NCBI GenBank assembly: GCA_018396615.1
Contig: JAGTQT010000005.1
Coordinates: 1 to 53,900 of the forward strand
Length of the DNA stretch: 53,900 bases
Direction: 5' to 3'
DNA from: Candidatus Bathyarchaeota archaeon
Lineage (GTDB): Archaea; Thermoproteota; Bathyarchaeia; Bathyarchaeales; Bathycorpusculaceae
Made by a program: the position numbers and the translations under genes. This document shows positions 50,898 to 53,900 of this stretch, in pieces. Position 1 is the stretch's first letter. Every line of letters begins with the position of its first letter. Under the pieces are notes generated by a model. It searched no databases, was not told the DNA's origin, and saw only the letters and a program-made list of their open reading frames with translations.

Positions 50898-51275
50898 GTG
50901 GCAAGCCAAGAAATCCTAAGCAAAAAACCCCTTCACGTCCTAGAGAAAATCAAAGAAAACCTAGAAAAACTAAACGAAAAAATGGAAGTAATGATCGAAC
51001 TCCAAAAACACGGAAAAAAAGACATAACCCCACCACTAACAGACACACCACTCGACGTAATGACCTTACTTTCCATGCCAGATCACCTAAGAAAAACAGC
51101 CATGACAGTTTGTAGACTTGGTCGTGCTACAGCAGACGAAATCGCTCAGCAAACCCACCGAGCTAGAGCCGTTGAAAGCGCCTACCTCAACCAGCTTGTG
51201 ATAATGGGATACCTAAAAAAGGAAAGAAAGGGAAGAAAAGCATACTTCTACGTAGAAAGAGAGAGCCAAGGGTGA
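50898..51275 (+). CDS. coiled-coil plus winged-helix DNA-binding protein (125 aa)
   Basis: The wHTH is LRKTAMTVCRLGRATADEIAQQTHRARAVESAYLNQLVIMGYLKKERKGRKAYFYV. The stop lies 6 nt before the ATPase gene. Confidence 0.55.
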   Translation: MASQEILSKKPLHVLEKIKENLEKLNEKMEVMIELQKHGKKDITPPLTDTPLDVMTLLSMPDHLRKTAMTVCRLGRATADEIAQQTHRARAVESAYLNQLVIMGYLKKERKGRKAYFYVERESQG

Positions 51276-51281
51276 CAAAAA

Positions 51282-52055
51282 ATGGGCAAAATAATGGCAG
51301 TTCACTCATACAAAGGCGGAACAGGTAAAACCCTTCTCTCCATAAACCTCGCCGCTGCACTAGCTAAAACAGGCAAAAAAGTCTGCCTATTTGACCTTGA
51401 CTTCAGAGCCCCAAGCCTCGCAACCCTGCTAAAAGTCAAAAATCCAAACTGCTGGCTAAACGATTACCTAAACGGATCATGCGAAATCGAAAAGGCTCTC
51501 GTAGATATAAGCGAAAGAATAGGCAACTCAGGAAAACTATGCGTCGCACTTGCCAACCCCAACACGGAAGCAATAAGAGAAATGTCTTCTAAGGATAGAA
51601 AATGGGAAATGCGCGCGTTGGGAAGACTCTTAGCACTCAGAAACCTAATATCAAACACAGGAAACTTCGACTATCTGGTTTTCGACACAAGCCCTGGGCT
51701 ACAGTACTCCTCAATAAACGCCATTGTTGCAGCCGACCTTGTGGTTGTAGCGACAACCTTTGACAGATCAGACATGGAGGGAACACAGCGGATGCTACGC
51801 GAACTCTACGACTTGTTCGAAAAAAAGACTTATCTAGTCCTAAACAAGGTCTTAGAGAACCCTACAAGGCATAAAAGTGATCTGCAAGCCACGGTTAAAG
51901 ATTTCTATCAAGTTCCCCTTCTCGGCGTTGTGCCATGCTACTGTGATATTTTGAAAGCCGAGGGAAGCACAATATTCGCTCAGGACAAGCCTGATCATCC
52001 ATTCACCAGAATGCTTAATGCGCTGGCAGCCGAGATAGAGAAGAACATAGCATAG
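51282..52055 (+). CDS. MinD/ParA-family P-loop ATPase (deviant Walker A)
   Basis: Motifs are HSYKGGTGKTLLSINLAAALA (KGGxGKT), LFDLDFRAPS and YLVFDTSPG (Walker B). Confidence 0.8.
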   Translation: MGKIMAVHSYKGGTGKTLLSINLAAALAKTGKKVCLFDLDFRAPSLATLLKVKNPNCWLNDYLNGSCEIEKALVDISERIGNSGKLCVALANPNTEAIREMSSKDRKWEMRALGRLLALRNLISNTGNFDYLVFDTSPGLQYSSINAIVAADLVVVATTFDRSDMEGTQRMLRELYDLFEKKTYLVLNKVLENPTRHKSDLQATVKDFYQVPLLGVVPCYCDILKAEGSTIFAQDKPDHPFTRMLNALAAEIEKNIA

Positions 52056-52058
52056 CGA

Positions 52059-52178
52059 CTATTTCTCAGCAATTATGTTTACCAGCTGATGAAATCTACA
52101 TGTCTTGCACTTTTCATACTCTTTTTGATCGCAGCGATTACATATCATGCGGCTTAACTCTCTAATTTCAGCGTTCAT
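52059..52178 (-). CDS. 39-aa double-CxxC zinc-ribbon mini-protein (too short for the ORF track)
   Basis: My translation is MNAEIRELSRMICNRCDQKEYEKCKTCRFHQLVNIIAEK. A purine-rich GGAAGG..GAAGG stretch lies upstream of the ATG. Confidence 0.3.
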   Translation of the reverse strand: MNAEIRELSRMICNRCDQKEYEKCKTCRFHQLVNIIAEK

Positions 52179-52325
52179 GAGCCTTCAACCTTCCACATGA
52201 GAGAAAAAAAGGCTCTCTTGCATAATATACCGTATTCCGAAGCCGTAATATTTCACACAAAAAGCTTATACATCCGCATCCTCCTCTGAGAACAACATAA
52301 CCCAATCTAAAGAGACATAACATCC

Positions 52326-52964
52326 TTGAAGAAAACAGCAATAATTTTAGCAGGAGGAACTTCCCACAGGCTTGGACAAGACAAAGGACTCATGCCTCTT
52401 GGAAGCAAGCCCTTGATAATGCACATTCTAGATAGAGTTTGCCCTTCTGTTGATGAGAGAATAGTAGTGATAAACTCTGCGGCACAAATGGAAAGCTATA
52501 CAAAAATCCTTGGCTCTGACGTTCAGCTTGTTGTTCTCAGAAATCGCGTACAAATGCCTTTGGCAGGTGCCCTAGCAGGCTTCGAAAAGTCAACAGGAGA
52601 ATATTCACTCCTACTTCCTTGCGACGCACCATTCATCTCAGAAGAGGTTATCAAAATCCTTTTTGAGCTATGCGTTGGAAAAAGCGCGGCTATCCCAAGA
52701 TGGCCAAACGGTAACCTAGAGCCACTGCAAGCAGTTTACCGAACAAGCAACGCCTGCGTCGCCGCAAAAGAAGCTCTGCTATCAGGTCACACTGACGTTA
52801 GATCCATGATAAGCAACCTTAAAGGAGTGCGTTACATTTCTACACTGGTCATCCAGCAGCTGGATCCGCCGCTTTACACATTTCTCAATGTTAATACGCC
52901 TCAAGACTTTAAAAAAGCAGAGTCTTTGCTTAAGCGTCTAGTAAGCAGTCAGCCTCTGAACTAG
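52326..52964 (+). CDS. mobA: molybdenum cofactor guanylyltransferase-like (MobA family NTP-transferase)
   Basis: Motifs are AIILAGGTSHRLGQDKGL, LLLPCDAPFIS and the LNVNTPQDF tail. Confidence 0.75.
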   Translation: MKKTAIILAGGTSHRLGQDKGLMPLGSKPLIMHILDRVCPSVDERIVVINSAAQMESYTKILGSDVQLVVLRNRVQMPLAGALAGFEKSTGEYSLLLPCDAPFISEEVIKILFELCVGKSAAIPRWPNGNLEPLQAVYRTSNACVAAKEALLSGHTDVRSMISNLKGVRYISTLVIQQLDPPLYTFLNVNTPQDFKKAESLLKRLVSSQPLN

Positions 52965-52970
52965 GCTTTA

Positions 52971-53900
52971 CTATCCCTCTTTTAAACGCGTCACATAGGC
53001 TTCTGTCTCATGGTAAAGTTTTTCCATATCCTCCTTAGAGTGAGCAGTGCTTAGTGCGCCGTTGTGTCCTGGCAAAAAGAAAACTCCATTGACAATCAAG
53101 TTGAGATTGTAGTCAAAAAGCATGTTCTTATCAGTCTTGACAGAATCATTTGCGTTTCTTATTTTTCTACGTGTAAAGTGTATGTTGAAAAGTGAGCTGT
53201 CACCGGTGACTTGCACGTCAATTTTGCCGTCCTCAAAGCATTCTTTTAGTTTTTTTCTAGCAACTTCGCCCTGCTTGTTTAGTTCTGATAAAAGTCTGCC
53301 ATCCTCTAGCTGCTTAAGGGTTGCCAAACCTGCAGTCATCGATATAGGGTTCGCAGCAAAGGTTCCTCCGTGAAAAGAGTGCTCTGGTCTCTCGTAAAGG
53401 CGAGTGTTTATTCTTGCCATGACTTCTCTGCTTCCGCAAAAAGCGCCTATAGGAAAGCCTCCGCCTAGGATTTTGCCGAACACCGCAAGGTCTGGAAGCA
53501 CTCCATAGTATTCTTGTGCCCCTCCAGGAGCCATTCTAAAACCTGTTATCACTTCATCGAAAATTAGCAGAATATCCCTTTTATTGCAAAGCTCCCGAAG
53601 TCCTTTCAAAAACTCCTTTTCCGCTGGAATACAGCCTCCAGCTCCAAGTACGGGCTCTACAGTTATTGACGCTACGTCTTCTCCTGCAAGCTTCTTTTTC
53701 ACGCCTTCTAAATCATTGAATGGTAAAACAATCGTGTCTTGAAGCGCGCCTGCGGTCAATCCTGCTGATTCAGGCACGTCAAAAGGAGGTTTAACGCCTA
53801 TATGCAAGGCGTCATAGCCACCGTGCCAGCCGCCTTCGAATTTCGCTATTTTGTTTCTTCTTGTGTAGGAGCGTGCTAACCGTACTTGGAGCTGGAGGCT
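52971..53900 (-). CDS. hemL: class III PLP aminotransferase, glutamate-1-semialdehyde 2,1-aminomutase-like; the 5' end runs off the window
   Basis: Motifs are ...KFEGGWHGGYDAL... (open to 53900), LIFDEVITGFRMAPGGAQEYYGV, PDLAVFGKILGGGFPIGAF and GTFAANPISM. Confidence 0.8.
   Translation of the reverse strand, partial: SLQLQVRLARSYTRRNKIAKFEGGWHGGYDALHIGVKPPFDVPESAGLTAGALQDTIVLPFNDLEGVKKKLAGEDVASITVEPVLGAGGCIPAEKEFLKGLRELCNKRDILLIFDEVITGFRMAPGGAQEYYGVLPDLAVFGKILGGGFPIGAFCGSREVMARINTRLYERPEHSFHGGTFAANPISMTAGLATLKQLEDGRLLSELNKQGEVARKKLKECFEDGKIDVQVTGDSSLFNIHFTRRKIRNANDSVKTDKNMLFDYNLNLIVNGVFFLPGHNGALSTAHSKEDMEKLYHETEAYVTRLKEG

Noticed and set aside
1-53900. CRISPR arrays, rRNA genes, IS elements or transposases, inteins, and recognisable toxin-antitoxin or restriction-modification modules.
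   Set aside because: I saw no regularly spaced direct repeats, no rRNA-like conserved segments and no DDE, serine or tyrosine recombinase motifs in any listed ORF. PolB is too short to contain an intein. Absence is judged by eye only.

Overview
This is a 53.9 kb chromosomal window from an archaeon. The evidence is a family-B DNA polymerase, archaeal RNase J, diphthine synthase, pantoate kinase with archaeal PPAT, CTP-type riboflavin kinase with RibL, pilins with class-III signal peptides, a tRNA with no encoded CCA, and TATA-box promoters combined with GGAGG ribosome-binding sites. An Fae (H4MPT-linked) domain and an acyl-CoA fermentation block suggest an uncultivated anaerobic heterotroph of the Bathyarchaeia/TACK type, but that lineage guess is inference only.

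Coding density is high, with about 65 genes. In order they are:
- iorA (partial).
- A crotonase, 3-hydroxyacyl-CoA dehydrogenase and acyl-CoA dehydrogenase block, with an IPMS-like synthase and a two-subunit CoA-transferase.
- A radical-SAM, exonuclease-degenerate PolB and thioredoxin-like string, next to a divergent PNPOx-like plus second radical-SAM pair.
- A four-gene orphan operon.
- Ferredoxin and DUF763. DUF763 carries an in-frame TAA.
- A CoA-cofactor operon: ECF-S-like membrane protein, pantoate kinase, PPAT.
- A nine-gene archaeal type IV pilus locus with a repeated 24-nt box.
- A flavin cluster (RbkR-type riboflavin kinase, RibL, DUF357), rhomboid protease and diphthine synthase.
- tRNA-Lys(CUU), followed by a small AT-rich islet of orphan genes.
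- RNase J, an atypical kinase fusion and ADP-forming acyl-CoA synthetase alpha.
- An ABC-2 exporter and an MFS transporter.
- A beta-helix surface protein with an in-frame TGA.
- An orphan 429-aa gene divergent from a DapA-like aldolase::Fae fusion.
- TrmI and an M24 peptidase.
- A minus-strand run of small membrane, Zn-ribbon and wHTH genes ending in NfeD-SPFH.
- An 857-bp gene-poor gap.
- wHTH genes with a MinD/ParA ATPase, MobA, and a partial HemL-like aminotransferase.

I found no rRNA, CRISPR array, transposase or integrase.

The best candidates for new biology are:
1. The aldolase::Fae fusion and its orphan neighbour.
2. The paralogous radical-SAM pair bracketing a flavoprotein.
3. The pilus locus and its shared operator-like box.
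4. The orphan operon at 13.4-14.8 kb.
5. The wHTH-ParA pair beside the gene-poor gap.

All calls rest on motif recognition by eye. No database search was run.
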